Source: Candidatus Krumholzibacteriota bacterium
GTDB taxonomy: Bacteria; Krumholzibacteriota; Krumholzibacteriia; JAJRXK01
Direction of reading: 5' to 3'
DNA: 64,000 nucleotides
Assembly: GCA_963806035.1 (NCBI GenBank)
Contig: CAWDWO010000014.1
Coordinates: 1 to 64,000, forward strand
Under the pieces are notes generated by a model. It ran no database searches. It saw only the letters and a program-made list of their open reading frames with translations, and was not told where the DNA came from. The position numbers and the translations under genes are program-made. Shown in pieces: positions 21,695 to 31,065 of this stretch; the stretch's first letter is position 1, and every line of letters begins with the position of its first letter.

Positions 21695-23608
21695 CTACCG
21701 AAGCAGCAACAACTTGCGGGTTTCGCGACGTGGACCGCTCTCGAGTCGCGCGAAGTAGGTCCCCGAGCTCAAGCCTCTGGTATTGATGCGCAGGGTATGC
21801 GGGCCCGCCGCGAAGCTCTGGTCGACCGCCTTCAACACGCGGCGCCCGGAGACAGTGTAGACGTTCAGGCGCACATGGGTTGCTTCGGCCAGCTCGAGCT
21901 GGAAGAACACTTCGCTGCCGGCCGGATTGGGTGAAGCGTTCGAGAAGTAGAAGCGGCTGCTCCTTACTTCAGGCGCGGCCACCGCCAGACACGCGTCGAT
22001 CGAACACGTCGCGGTCGACCCTACGGAGTGGCTTCCGTCGTCCGGAGTCACCCCGGAGAGCGCCTCGTACACGTTTCCATCGGCGCCCGCGGTGCCGTCG
22101 TTTCCATCGCGAAGAGCCATCGGCGCCAAGGGCGCGGAGAGTCCTCCGGCCCCACCGTTGCCCGCGTTTCCTCCGGAGTAGATGGTGTTGCTCGTGATGA
22201 TGAGCGAGTTGTCGTGGTAAATTCCGCAGGAGACACCGCCGGCTCCGCCGCCTCCACCACCGCCATGGCCACCGTGAGCGCCGTTTCCGCCATCGCCGCC
22301 CGACTGCGAATCGCCAACCGGGGCGCCACCAGGTCCGCCGAGTCCGCCCTCTTGGCCCTGGCCTCCTTCTCCGCCACTTCCTCCGTCTCCACCATTTCCT
22401 CGGGTGATGACGCAGTCTTGAAGCTCGACTCCGGAGTCGATGGCGAAGAGGCCGAAGCTGCTACCGCCGCCACCCCCTCCATTGGCTGCGCCAGGCGCGC
22501 GCTCACCACCAGCCGCGCCGCCACCGCCTCCAGCTCCGTATGAATCGGTACCCGCATCGCAGCCACCGCTGCCGCCTCCTCCGCCTCCACCACCGCCGTG
22601 CTGTCCCAAACCACCGCCCGTTCCGGCATGGGAGAGCCAGTCATCAATCACCAGGGCACCGCCGGTCCCACCAGCGCCCGCAGTGCCATTGACGACTTGG
22701 CCGTTCAGTCCGTCGTTGCCCACATTGCACGGCGATCCCCCAGCTCCCCCTTTCCCGAAGATGAGCGAGTTGACAAAGGCATCGGAGCCGTAATCGCCTA
22801 CGGTCGCATCGCAGTTGTCACACGAGCAGACGCTGAAAATGCAGTTGCAACTTGTATCCATCTCTCCACCGTTACCGCCGTTGCCCCCGGCGGCCGCAAC
22901 GGCCGCCCCATTAGTTCCCGCAGCACCTCCTTCGCCGTGACTGGTATTGTCACACGACGAGGCATACTCGGCAGCGGAACCACCGGCGGATCCATTCATC
23001 CCAGATGTCGCGGTGAGCGTGGAAGCATCGGCTCCATTTGAGCCATTCGCTCCGTTCGCCCCATTCCCGGCGTGGATCTCCAGGTTCTCGAGCAGCAGGC
23101 TGGCGTCAACGGCGTGTACGACGTACGCATTCTTGCCCGTGGTCGAAATGAAGCCCGTTGCATCCGGCCCGTTCAACACCAGGTTTGACAGACGGGTGGT
23201 TTGCGTAATGCCATGCGCCCGAACGGTGAGATACTTGTTGCCGCTGCCGGCATCGAGTCCACCGCTCACTTCCACCCTATGGGAAGGATCGGAGTGGTCG
23301 CCGGCGGCCCACGAGGAGTCGTAGCCACCGATCACGTCGACTCCATCCGCCAGCACGAGCACCTCGGGATACACTCCCGCCTGCACGAACACGCACGAAA
23401 ACCCTTCGACCTGGGCGCGAGCGATTCCGTTGGAAATGGTGGCGCAAGGATCGTTCGGGCTCAGACCACAACCCGCCGCATCGTTACCTCCCGGCGCGAC
23501 AAGGATTCCACAGTCGCCTTGAGCCCATACCGGCGTGTACATGAAGCTTACGAGGAAGAGAATCAAAAGGAAGGGAAGGACGGGCGCGCTTAGCTTACGG
23601 CAATTCAC
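21695..23608 (-). CDS. Secreted glycine-rich protein (DUF1565/beta-helix-like N-terminus) with T9SS-like CTD
   Basis: GNDAAGCG...PCATISNGI; GGGGGGG runs; SPNPAG...LSSGTYFARL. Confidence 0.8.
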   Translation of the reverse strand: MNCRKLSAPVLPFLLILFLVSFMYTPVWAQGDCGILVAPGGNDAAGCGLSPNDPCATISNGIARAQVEGFSCVFVQAGVYPEVLVLADGVDVIGGYDSSWAAGDHSDPSHRVEVSGGLDAGSGNKYLTVRAHGITQTTRLSNLVLNGPDATGFISTTGKNAYVVHAVDASLLLENLEIHAGNGANGANGSNGADASTLTATSGMNGSAGGSAAEYASSCDNTSHGEGGAAGTNGAAVAAAGGNGGNGGEMDTSCNCIFSVCSCDNCDATVGDYGSDAFVNSLIFGKGGAGGSPCNVGNDGLNGQVVNGTAGAGGTGGALVIDDWLSHAGTGGGLGQHGGGGGGGGGSGGCDAGTDSYGAGGGGGAAGGERAPGAANGGGGGGSSFGLFAIDSGVELQDCVITRGNGGDGGSGGEGGQGQEGGLGGPGGAPVGDSQSGGDGGNGAHGGHGGGGGGGAGGVSCGIYHDNSLIITSNTIYSGGNAGNGGAGGLSAPLAPMALRDGNDGTAGADGNVYEALSGVTPDDGSHSVGSTATCSIDACLAVAAPEVRSSRFYFSNASPNPAGSEVFFQLELAEATHVRLNVYTVSGRRVLKAVDQSFAAGPHTLRINTRGLSSGTYFARLESGPRRETRKLLLLR

Positions 23609-23807
23609 AACCTAGTTCTCCTATGGAGGGAATGGGACCACAAGGAGCATAGCAGAAATTCACTCCGGTGGGATTTCATGTCCTTTCATTGACCAACTTT
23701 CCCACAGCAAAAGAAATCGCATGGAGCAGGAGTTGACGGGTGTTAGGATGGGCGCCAACGGTTCCATCGGTCCCCCCGATGATTATCCCAATGAGGAGGC
23801 TTCAGAT

Positions 23808-24287
23808 ATGTCCCGCATTCTCGTTACGCTCACTCTCGTTCTCTTGCTCATTGCAAGCGTCAGCGTCGCCGGCGACAACGCCAAGACGACGGAGCTGGGC
23901 TGGTTCGACATGCAGCACTGTGACATGTGCAAGAACATGTCGCCCGAACTGATGTCCAGCATGAGCTGGGCCCAGTATCCCATCGACGATGGCGTCCTTT
24001 CCGTGACGACCGTCAAGGAGAGCGCACTTCCCGCCTACCAGAAGGCCCACATGGACATGGCGGCTTGCCAGAAGAAGATCCAGGCTGGTGAAGCCGTAAC
24101 ACTGTGCGGCAGCTGTACCGCGCTCACCAACTGTATGATGAAGGGTGCACACTACGAAGACGTTCAAACGAAGAACGGCGATATCGCGGTCATCACCTCC
24201 GACGATCCGAAGGTCGTCGCCGAGCTCCACGCCTGGGCCGAGAAGAACAAGGCCGAAATGGCGAAGATGATGAAGAAGGAAGGCTGA
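23808..24287 (+). CDS. Small secreted Cys/Met-rich protein
   Basis: GAGGAGG RBS; signal peptide; CDMC and CGSC motifs. Confidence 0.85.
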   Translation: MSRILVTLTLVLLLIASVSVAGDNAKTTELGWFDMQHCDMCKNMSPELMSSMSWAQYPIDDGVLSVTTVKESALPAYQKAHMDMAACQKKIQAGEAVTLCGSCTALTNCMMKGAHYEDVQTKNGDIAVITSDDPKVVAELHAWAEKNKAEMAKMMKKEG

Positions 24288-24342
24288 GTCCCTCGCCACA
24301 GGCCGAATGACAACAGCGCCCGGTGGAGTCACCGGGCGCTTG
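24287..24342 (+). repeat. 56-bp direct repeat, copy 1
   Basis: Identical to 27547-27602 except for the 4-nt hairpin loop (GAGT vs ATCC). Confidence 0.95.
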
Positions 24343-24348
24343 CTTTTG
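24315..24348 (+). terminator. Intrinsic terminator
   Basis: AGCGCCCGGTG-gagt-CACCGGGCGCT followed by TGCTTTTG, between convergent genes. Confidence 0.75.
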
Positions 24349-24440
24349 CTCCGCTCACGTTTCCTCAGAATGAACCCGATGAGTGCTGTGGACGAAGCAC
24401 TTCCCGTGTGTCGGATTGGTCCCGCGATTGACTCGGAAGC

Positions 24441-27275
24441 CTACTTGAGCACTGTAACTCGCCGAGTTACCAAGGCGCCTCCGGCTCGCAGGCGCAGAAA
24501 ATAGACTCCTGCGGGTACGCGCTTCTCGTTCCCATCGCGTCCGTCCCAGCTCAGGACCTGGAGACTCGATGGATAGTCACCGCGAGCGAGTTCGCGGACG
24601 GCGCGTCCACGCACGTCGTAGACCGTCAAACTCGCTTCCGCGTCCTTGGGCAGCCGGAACTCCACGTGAGTGCTGCCGTTCGTCGGTGTTGGCCACACTG
24701 CCAGAGACAAACCCCCGACCCCACCGGCAGGTACGGCCGTCGTGCCATTCACCGTAAGTTGCCCGGATGCACTGGTTACGTTTCCACAGGTGTTTGTGAC
24801 CACACAGTCATAGGCACCGCTATCGGTTACGGCGACATTCTGCACGACCAGGTTCGCCGTATGCGACCCCGCGATCACCGAACCCTGTGGCGTCATCCCA
24901 TCGCTCAAGGGTACGGCGTCCTTGCGCCATTCGTAGGAAAGACCGTCGTAACCGCTGGCCGGTGTCACCGAGAAATTCGCGTCCCCTCCCGGTGTCAGCG
25001 TTTGCGAACCCGGTTGTGAATAAAGCCAGGGCGTTCCGGTCGAGAGAAAGCGGGCCAGCCCTATGGTCTGCTCGGACCCAGCTTGTGTGATCTCACCGCC
25101 AGCCAGCATCTCGCCGTTGAAAGCGGCTAATGCGAAGACGGTGCCGCTCGTTCCACCGCCGGCATCGCTCCAATCCACACCATCCCAACGCGCCACGTTG
25201 TAGGCGTAAGCACCATCGGCCAGGGTGAAGTCACCGGCCGCATACAGATACCCGCCGTCCGCCTTCAGTGCCCACACTGTTCCGTTGACTCCGCCCCCGA
25301 GTGAACCACCGACCTCGACCCAACCCGAAGTGGTATACTTCGCGATGTGATTGAGGGGCGTCGAGCCGGACGCGGTGAAAGCACCTGCCGCGTAGGTCGC
25401 GCCGTTGTATCGTTCAACCGCATTGACGGACCCGTTGAAGCCATCGCCCATTGGCTGCCAGGGTGTCACGGTTGCGAAGAGGCTATTCTCGGTCCAGTAG
25501 GCGATCCGGTTTGCGGAAGTTCCTTCCGCAGTAGTGAAGTCGCCTCCAGCAACCAGAATGTAGTTCTTCACCGAGTTCACATAGAAGGCTTTGAGGGCTC
25601 GCACGTTCCCGTTCATACCCAGACTCATGGGATCCCACGAGGTGCCGTTCCAGCGAGCGACACGGCTTGTTGCAGTCGTACCGCTGGCGGTGAATGTCCC
25701 ACCAGCTACGACCTGACCCCGGTAGTCCTCCAGGGCAAGAACCGCATTGTTGAAGCCGTCCCCCATCGCGGACCAACTGTTGAACGGATAGGTTGGAGAC
25801 TCCGTCCACTGCGCCACGCGGTTCACTGTAGTCCCGCCAGCGTGCGTGAACGAACCGCCGACCGCAAGATGCGTAGTCGTGATGGGCGTTTGGGTCGCAT
25901 AGCCGACGAGCGCGGAGGCCGGTGCATCGAGGCCGGAACCGAGCTTCGCGAAGTTGGCTCCATCCCAGGAAAGAATGTGGTAGGCCTGACCGGCCGAAGT
26001 GGGCTGAGAGAAGTTGCCACCGACCGCGACCTTCCCGCCGTAGGTCGCAAGAGCATTGACGCGCTGGGTGACGTGAGGACTGGCCCACGACTGGCCGTCC
26101 CAGCGTGTGAAGTTGGGGGCCGGGCTACCGTTTCCATTCTGATCGAATGATCCGCCGGCAAAGAGCGCACCCTGGTATGCGCAGAGTGCCCATACGATGG
26201 TCTGGTAGGAGTTGTCGTGTTGGGGGAAACCAATGCCCGCGCCCAGAGACTGCCAGGCGGATCCGTTCCATGCAGCGACACGCAGGCCGGGCGCGATGAA
26301 TCCGCCTGCAGCGAGAAGTTGCCCGTTGTAATGCGTGAGTACCGCTATTATATCGAGATCAGTCGTCAACTCAGGGAAAGAACTCCAGTCCGAATTGACC
26401 AAGCGCTCCACCCAACCTCGCGTCGCGATGCAGAGATCTCCCTCGTGCACCGTGATGCTGTTGACCGGCTCGCGGGGTGCTGTGTAGTCCCCATAATGTG
26501 GACAGGCGTACCAGTTGGTGCCGTCCCAGCTCGCAAACCACTGCGTGGGAACCCCTCCAGCCGAGCCGGTATAGCCCCCCACGTAAAGGCGTTCGGGCGC
26601 ATCCGAAAAGATGCAGTAGACATCTCCGCTGATTCCAGAACTCAGATTGTGCCACACCGTTCCGTCCCAGCTCGCGATGTCGTTCTGCGGATCACTGAAG
26701 GTCCCGGCTGCGATCAATTGCCCGTTCCATACGCCGAGGGCTCGAACGTCGTCGTCTCCGGTATTCTGTCCGAATAACTGACCCAGCTGTTGCCAAGACG
26801 TACCATTCCAAGCCGCCACGTGTCCCGTGTTGACACCGTCGGCCTGAGTGAAGCGTCCCCCGGCGATGAGCTGTCCGTTGTACACGGTCAAGGCAACAAC
26901 CGTGCTGTCCATTCCATCACCAAAGCTACGCCACACCAGACCATCCCACGCCGCAATGTCGTGAGCGACGATGCCGCCCGCCGAATCGAAATTTCCTCCA
27001 AAGACGAGCTGTGGCGCGGCCGGCCCCGCACCATCGGGGTCCCACACTGCAAGTGCGTAGACGGGTCCATCCGCTCCCAGGATGGAGGGGTCCAGCGAAT
27101 CGGCGATCCACTTCGTGCACTGCGCCACAGCTAAGGATGTCGTAGTGAAGAGGAACAAGATCGCAACGATACCGGCAGAGCATGCAAGGTTGCGGTAGCG
27201 AGGTATGAATAGGAATCGACTGAAACGACAAAACACGCGCTGCCTCCCCGAAGGCAAAAACGGAAACACAGGCAT
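24441..27275 (-). CDS. Secreted beta-propeller protein (Rax2/Kelch-like repeats) with Ig domain and FlgD-Ig CTD; start uncertain
   Basis: Repeats LxAGGxFTxAG...VAxWNGxxWxxLGxG; YEWRKD...DSGAYDCVVTN; WPTPTNG...PAGVYFLRL. Confidence 0.85.
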   Translation of the reverse strand: MPVFPFLPSGRQRVFCRFSRFLFIPRYRNLACSAGIVAILFLFTTTSLAVAQCTKWIADSLDPSILGADGPVYALAVWDPDGAGPAAPQLVFGGNFDSAGGIVAHDIAAWDGLVWRSFGDGMDSTVVALTVYNGQLIAGGRFTQADGVNTGHVAAWNGTSWQQLGQLFGQNTGDDDVRALGVWNGQLIAAGTFSDPQNDIASWDGTVWHNLSSGISGDVYCIFSDAPERLYVGGYTGSAGGVPTQWFASWDGTNWYACPHYGDYTAPREPVNSITVHEGDLCIATRGWVERLVNSDWSSFPELTTDLDIIAVLTHYNGQLLAAGGFIAPGLRVAAWNGSAWQSLGAGIGFPQHDNSYQTIVWALCAYQGALFAGGSFDQNGNGSPAPNFTRWDGQSWASPHVTQRVNALATYGGKVAVGGNFSQPTSAGQAYHILSWDGANFAKLGSGLDAPASALVGYATQTPITTTHLAVGGSFTHAGGTTVNRVAQWTESPTYPFNSWSAMGDGFNNAVLALEDYRGQVVAGGTFTASGTTATSRVARWNGTSWDPMSLGMNGNVRALKAFYVNSVKNYILVAGGDFTTAEGTSANRIAYWTENSLFATVTPWQPMGDGFNGSVNAVERYNGATYAAGAFTASGSTPLNHIAKYTTSGWVEVGGSLGGGVNGTVWALKADGGYLYAAGDFTLADGAYAYNVARWDGVDWSDAGGGTSGTVFALAAFNGEMLAGGEITQAGSEQTIGLARFLSTGTPWLYSQPGSQTLTPGGDANFSVTPASGYDGLSYEWRKDAVPLSDGMTPQGSVIAGSHTANLVVQNVAVTDSGAYDCVVTNTCGNVTSASGQLTVNGTTAVPAGGVGGLSLAVWPTPTNGSTHVEFRLPKDAEASLTVYDVRGRAVRELARGDYPSSLQVLSWDGRDGNEKRVPAGVYFLRLRAGGALVTRRVTVLK

Positions 27276-27546
27276 GTCGGTCGGATCCACCTCGGGTCCC
27301 GTTCCGTCCGTTGCGCCGACAGGGGTACAAGAACCCTGAGATGTCAGGCTTGGCGGGCAGGAGCGGCGGGTCGGGCCGCCCGAGCAGGCGATGAAGTAGA
27401 CATAATCGTACGGGCGCACAATTCACGCAGCAACGGGAAACACTTCAACATAATCCAGTCCGATATTCCTGATCTGCGTTGATGAAGACCCCGGACGGAT
27501 GGCACCCAGGGCCCCAGCGAGTCTGGACCAAACAGCCCGCCGTCCA

Positions 27547-27602
27547 AGTCCCTCGCCACAGGCCGAATGACAACAGCGCCCGGTGATCCCACCGGGCGCT
27601 TG
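27547..27602 (+). repeat. 56-bp direct repeat, copy 2
   Basis: Offset 3260 bp from copy 1; embedded in a longer imperfect palindrome. Confidence 0.95.
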
Positions 27603-27681
27603 TCGTTTCTGGCCTGACCAAAGGCGGCCAAGGGTTCAGGGAAGTCCCACAGAGCCTCCCCGCCCCTAGGATCGTCTCCGA

Positions 27682-29610
27682 TTACTTCAGCAGAAGCATC
27701 CTGCGTGTCTGGACGAACTCTCCACTCTTGAGTTGATAGAAATAGACCCCAGAAGCAACCTGTGAGCCTTGCTTGTCGCATCCGTTCCATTGGCAACGGT
27801 GCTTGCCGGCCGTGAGATCTTCATTCACCAAGGTGGCGACCATTCGCCCGGCTCTGTCGTAGATCTTCAAGGAAGCAAATCCCGGCCTCTCCAAAGTGAA
27901 GTAGATGGACGTGGAGGGATTGAAGGGATTCGGGAAATTCTGTCCCAGTGCGCTTGTCCTCGACAAGGACTGCGGTGCGTCCACTGCGATCGGACCATCC
28001 TTTACGATGATCCCGGCGAAGCCCTTGTTGTTGCTGGCAACTTGGAGTGGGCTGTGAATTTCCGCCGCACCGCGCGGATCGATCACTGCGTAGATCCAGC
28101 TGTTGTTTGGTAGCGAACCGGAGAGTCCGTAGCCCACGACCCATTCCATCGTCACAGTTTGGTCGTCCCGCGGAGGAATGCCGCTGTCGGCGGTGGTCAC
28201 AAAGCTCTGCCCGGCCGTTCCCACCAGAGGCTGGAAGCCCACGTTGTCCAGGATGAAGTCGCCGTTTTCATCGCTTCCCCAGCGGCCGCCATCCGGATCG
28301 CCGAGGTAGAACCTCACGTCCACTGGGCCCTCAAGCCGCATGAAGCTGTAATTGTGGACCCTGACGCTCAATTTCACCGTGTCGCCCACCTTGACCGAAT
28401 CGGGCTCGATCGTGATGTCGGGGCTCCAGAACTCCTTCTCGGGGTAGGTGTAGTCCCAGGCCCATTCCTCGTGGAACATCCGGGGCAAGCGCAGAGCCGG
28501 GTCGGGAAGATGAGAGTAGTAGGCATCCCAGAAATTCGGATTCTGTGGATCACCCCAACTGGGAATCACCGCGTAATCCAGCACGATGGCGCCACTCTTT
28601 GCCCGGAAGATGTAGGGCTGAATGCTGTAGCTTCCATCGGTGTTGGCCAAACCACCCAACCCGACCTCGAAGCGCAGTTGCCCCCCAACCTTGGTCTCTC
28701 GGGTACTGACCTGGCTGTGATCATAACTCGCCTCGACCTCCACCTTGGTCGTGGCCGAGACCACCTCGAGATCCGCCCCCACTTCCGCAGATCCCTTGAC
28801 GTTGAAGCCAAATTCCCACTCTTGCTTGAGGCTCTTCTCGGTGAGCGTGTCGTAGGTGACTGTGAGGACGGGTGCCATATCCATCTTCGAGACACCATTG
28901 ACCGGCGCCGCGAGCCACATCTCCTCGATCCTGGAATCCGAAGCAGGATCCGCGAGCTCGCGATAGGAAAGAACGTTGCCCGGCGAGCTCTCCACCGGAT
29001 ACTCGACATTGCTCGGCCAATCCTTGGAAGATTTCCAACTCGCCACCGGGTCTCCCATGGTTTGGAGCACGAGGTAGTGCCCCTTGACGTCGGGGCCGTC
29101 CCCGTCGCGCCGGATGAGAGGATATTCCCATGCCTGGAATCGTTGCTCGGTAATGAGCACCTGGTCCCCGCCGTTGGCTCTCGTGTCCTTTCCGATCGTC
29201 ACTTCCTGCGACACGCTGGTCCGGCCTTCTCTCTCGAAGTGGGCGCCAACCTTGGCCGTCAGTGAGACTTCGGCCTTTGCGGTGAGAAATTCGTACTTGC
29301 CTCCCACGGTCCGTGTGAGAGTGGTGCTGGCGGCAAAGTCGTCCTTCGAGATGTACTCGAGGGTCTCTTCCGTCGAGCTCGTTTGTGTGTAGGTCGCGTA
29401 GAAATCATCGCACTGGTATCCGAAAGCGTCCGGATAGCATCCGCACAGATCGAAACACTCGTCATCTCCCGATGAACCATCATGGAAGATGTCGAAGTGG
29501 ATTGGCGGCTGCTTGAGGATCACCAAAGGCTGAGAGACGTTCGTCGCCTTCTTGGACGGGCCGGGAGGCCCCAGACGCAGACCATCCGCATCGAGGTCGC
29601 CACAGACCAT
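27682..29610 (-). pseudogene. N-terminally truncated large secreted protein (single FG-GAP motif, CARDB-like domain, FlgD-Ig CTD)
   Basis: Begins at GDLDADG with no signal peptide; in-frame stop at 29704-29706; ends QNFPNPFNP...ASGVYFY. Confidence 0.65.
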
Positions 29611-29724
29611 CGCGACGTCTCCATTGGCCTTCTGAAGGGCGTCATTGACTGTTGTCCCTCCTACAAACCTCGTCCGCCTTGTCCGTGTTAAGCTTACACC
29701 TTCTCACAGCACTTAGGATAGGCC

Positions 29725-29859
29725 ATGCTCACGACACTTTTGCAATCACTGCTAGCCGGATTTCGCACGCACCAGTTCCTCGTCCTGGAGAACCTCGCCC
29801 TGCGTCATCAGGTCCAGGTCTGTAATCGCCGGTCCAATACTGCGGCGGGTGCCGGGTGA
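29725..29859 (+). mobile_element. N-terminal remnant of an integrase-core (rve-type) transposase
   Basis: MLTTLLQSLLAGFRTHQFLVLENLALRHQVQVCNR; LENLALRHQ is typical of such N-termini. Confidence 0.6.
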
Positions 29860-30025
29860 AAAGTGCGGCACCGTATCCCTTGATTTCACACTTTGGATGG
29901 GCCGGATTTGTCGGGTCCACAGCTTTCGCGTAACTCACACAATTTCAACAACATCACTTTTTGCGTGGTCAAGATGGGGTTAGGATTGTCCATCGCACGC
30001 AATAGTGCTTACTCTGGGGGCGACA

Positions 30026-30718
30026 ATGAATGAGATTCTGGACAGCTATCCAAAAATCGCGGACATAATCTGGCATCATCGGGACCAGGCCTTCCTATAT
30101 CGTGGAGTATCAGATTCCTGTTATGAACTCATTCCCAGCATTGGTCGCGACAACGTCCGTCGGCCTCCATCGAACGTCGTGGAGTGGGAACAAAGCGTAT
30201 TTTCGGACTTTAAGCAAAAGGCACATGCATACGTTACACGGCTCCCTCGGAATGATTGGGAGTGGTTGGCGCTGGCACAGCACCATCATTTCGTAACGAG
30301 ACTTCTGGATTGGACGCGGAACTTCTATGTCGCACTGTATTTCGCCTGCCAGAATCGAGAACGAGACGGAGCGGTTTACTACATCGATTCCCGGGAGTTT
30401 GGACCTGCGACGACTGGTCAGGATGAGGTAAGCCCGTTTGAAATTGGGACCGACAGAATTTTCATGCCACCGAGCCTAAGTCCAAGGATTACCGCGCAAC
30501 ATGCTCTTTTCACATGTCATCGTCATCCAACCCAAGTTGTTGGAGAGGGGTTGCATGTGCATAAATGGTTAGTGCCTCAGCAGAAGAAACTCGAATACCA
30601 GTGGAGGCTCTTTCAGAGTGGCGTTTCGGCCTTTTCCTTGTTTCCTGGACTTGATGGTCTGGCAGAGGAATTCAATTGGATTCTGAGCGTGCCGCCCGTT
30701 TCTGAGGGCGGAGAGTGA
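30026..30718 (+). CDS. FRG domain protein
   Basis: FLYRGVSD, LIPSIGR, WLALAQHH..TRLLDWT, VALYFA, RITAQHALF, SLFPGLDG; visibly AT-richer than its flanks. Confidence 0.9.
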   Translation: MNEILDSYPKIADIIWHHRDQAFLYRGVSDSCYELIPSIGRDNVRRPPSNVVEWEQSVFSDFKQKAHAYVTRLPRNDWEWLALAQHHHFVTRLLDWTRNFYVALYFACQNRERDGAVYYIDSREFGPATTGQDEVSPFEIGTDRIFMPPSLSPRITAQHALFTCHRHPTQVVGEGLHVHKWLVPQQKKLEYQWRLFQSGVSAFSLFPGLDGLAEEFNWILSVPPVSEGGE

Positions 30719-30944
30719 GCCTTCAACAGATTGCATTTGGAAGCTCGCGCGCGTTAAGTTTTTCAGCCCCCAATGCAGAGGATCAGAGACTCCGAGACGC
30801 TCCCACGAGATTTCGTAGCGTCACGATCGACCCCTTTCGTGACTCTCAGCAAAACAGAGACGCCGCGCTACGCAAGCCTTCGAAACATTCTCGAATGTGG
30901 CAAACGAAAGGCCCGCCTCCGGCGAGGGAGAGAGCCTGCGTTAA

Positions 30945-30975
30945 GAAAACGAGGCCACCAGATTAGGCGGCCTCG
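30945..30975 (-). terminator. Intrinsic terminator-like hairpin
   Basis: On the minus strand CGAGGCCGCC-taatct-GGTGGCCTCG followed by TTTTC. Confidence 0.55.
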
Positions 30976-31065
30976 ATAAGTGGCTCCCCGGGCGGTACGC
31001 TCTGCGTGAACACAATGCGAGAGCCCCGGACCAGACCAAGCCCGGGGCCCTCACATGCGATGGAA

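Noticed and set aside
21695..23608. Mycobacterial PE-PGRS protein
   Set aside because: No PE domain; it has a Sec signal peptide and a T9SS-like CTD
24287..27643. Integron attC sites
   Set aside because: No RYYYAAC/GTTRRRY ends were recognised and there is no integron integrase
30960..31060. Complete tRNA gene
   Set aside because: Only a 13-nt 3'-end-like match; no T-arm GTTCRA or cloverleaf
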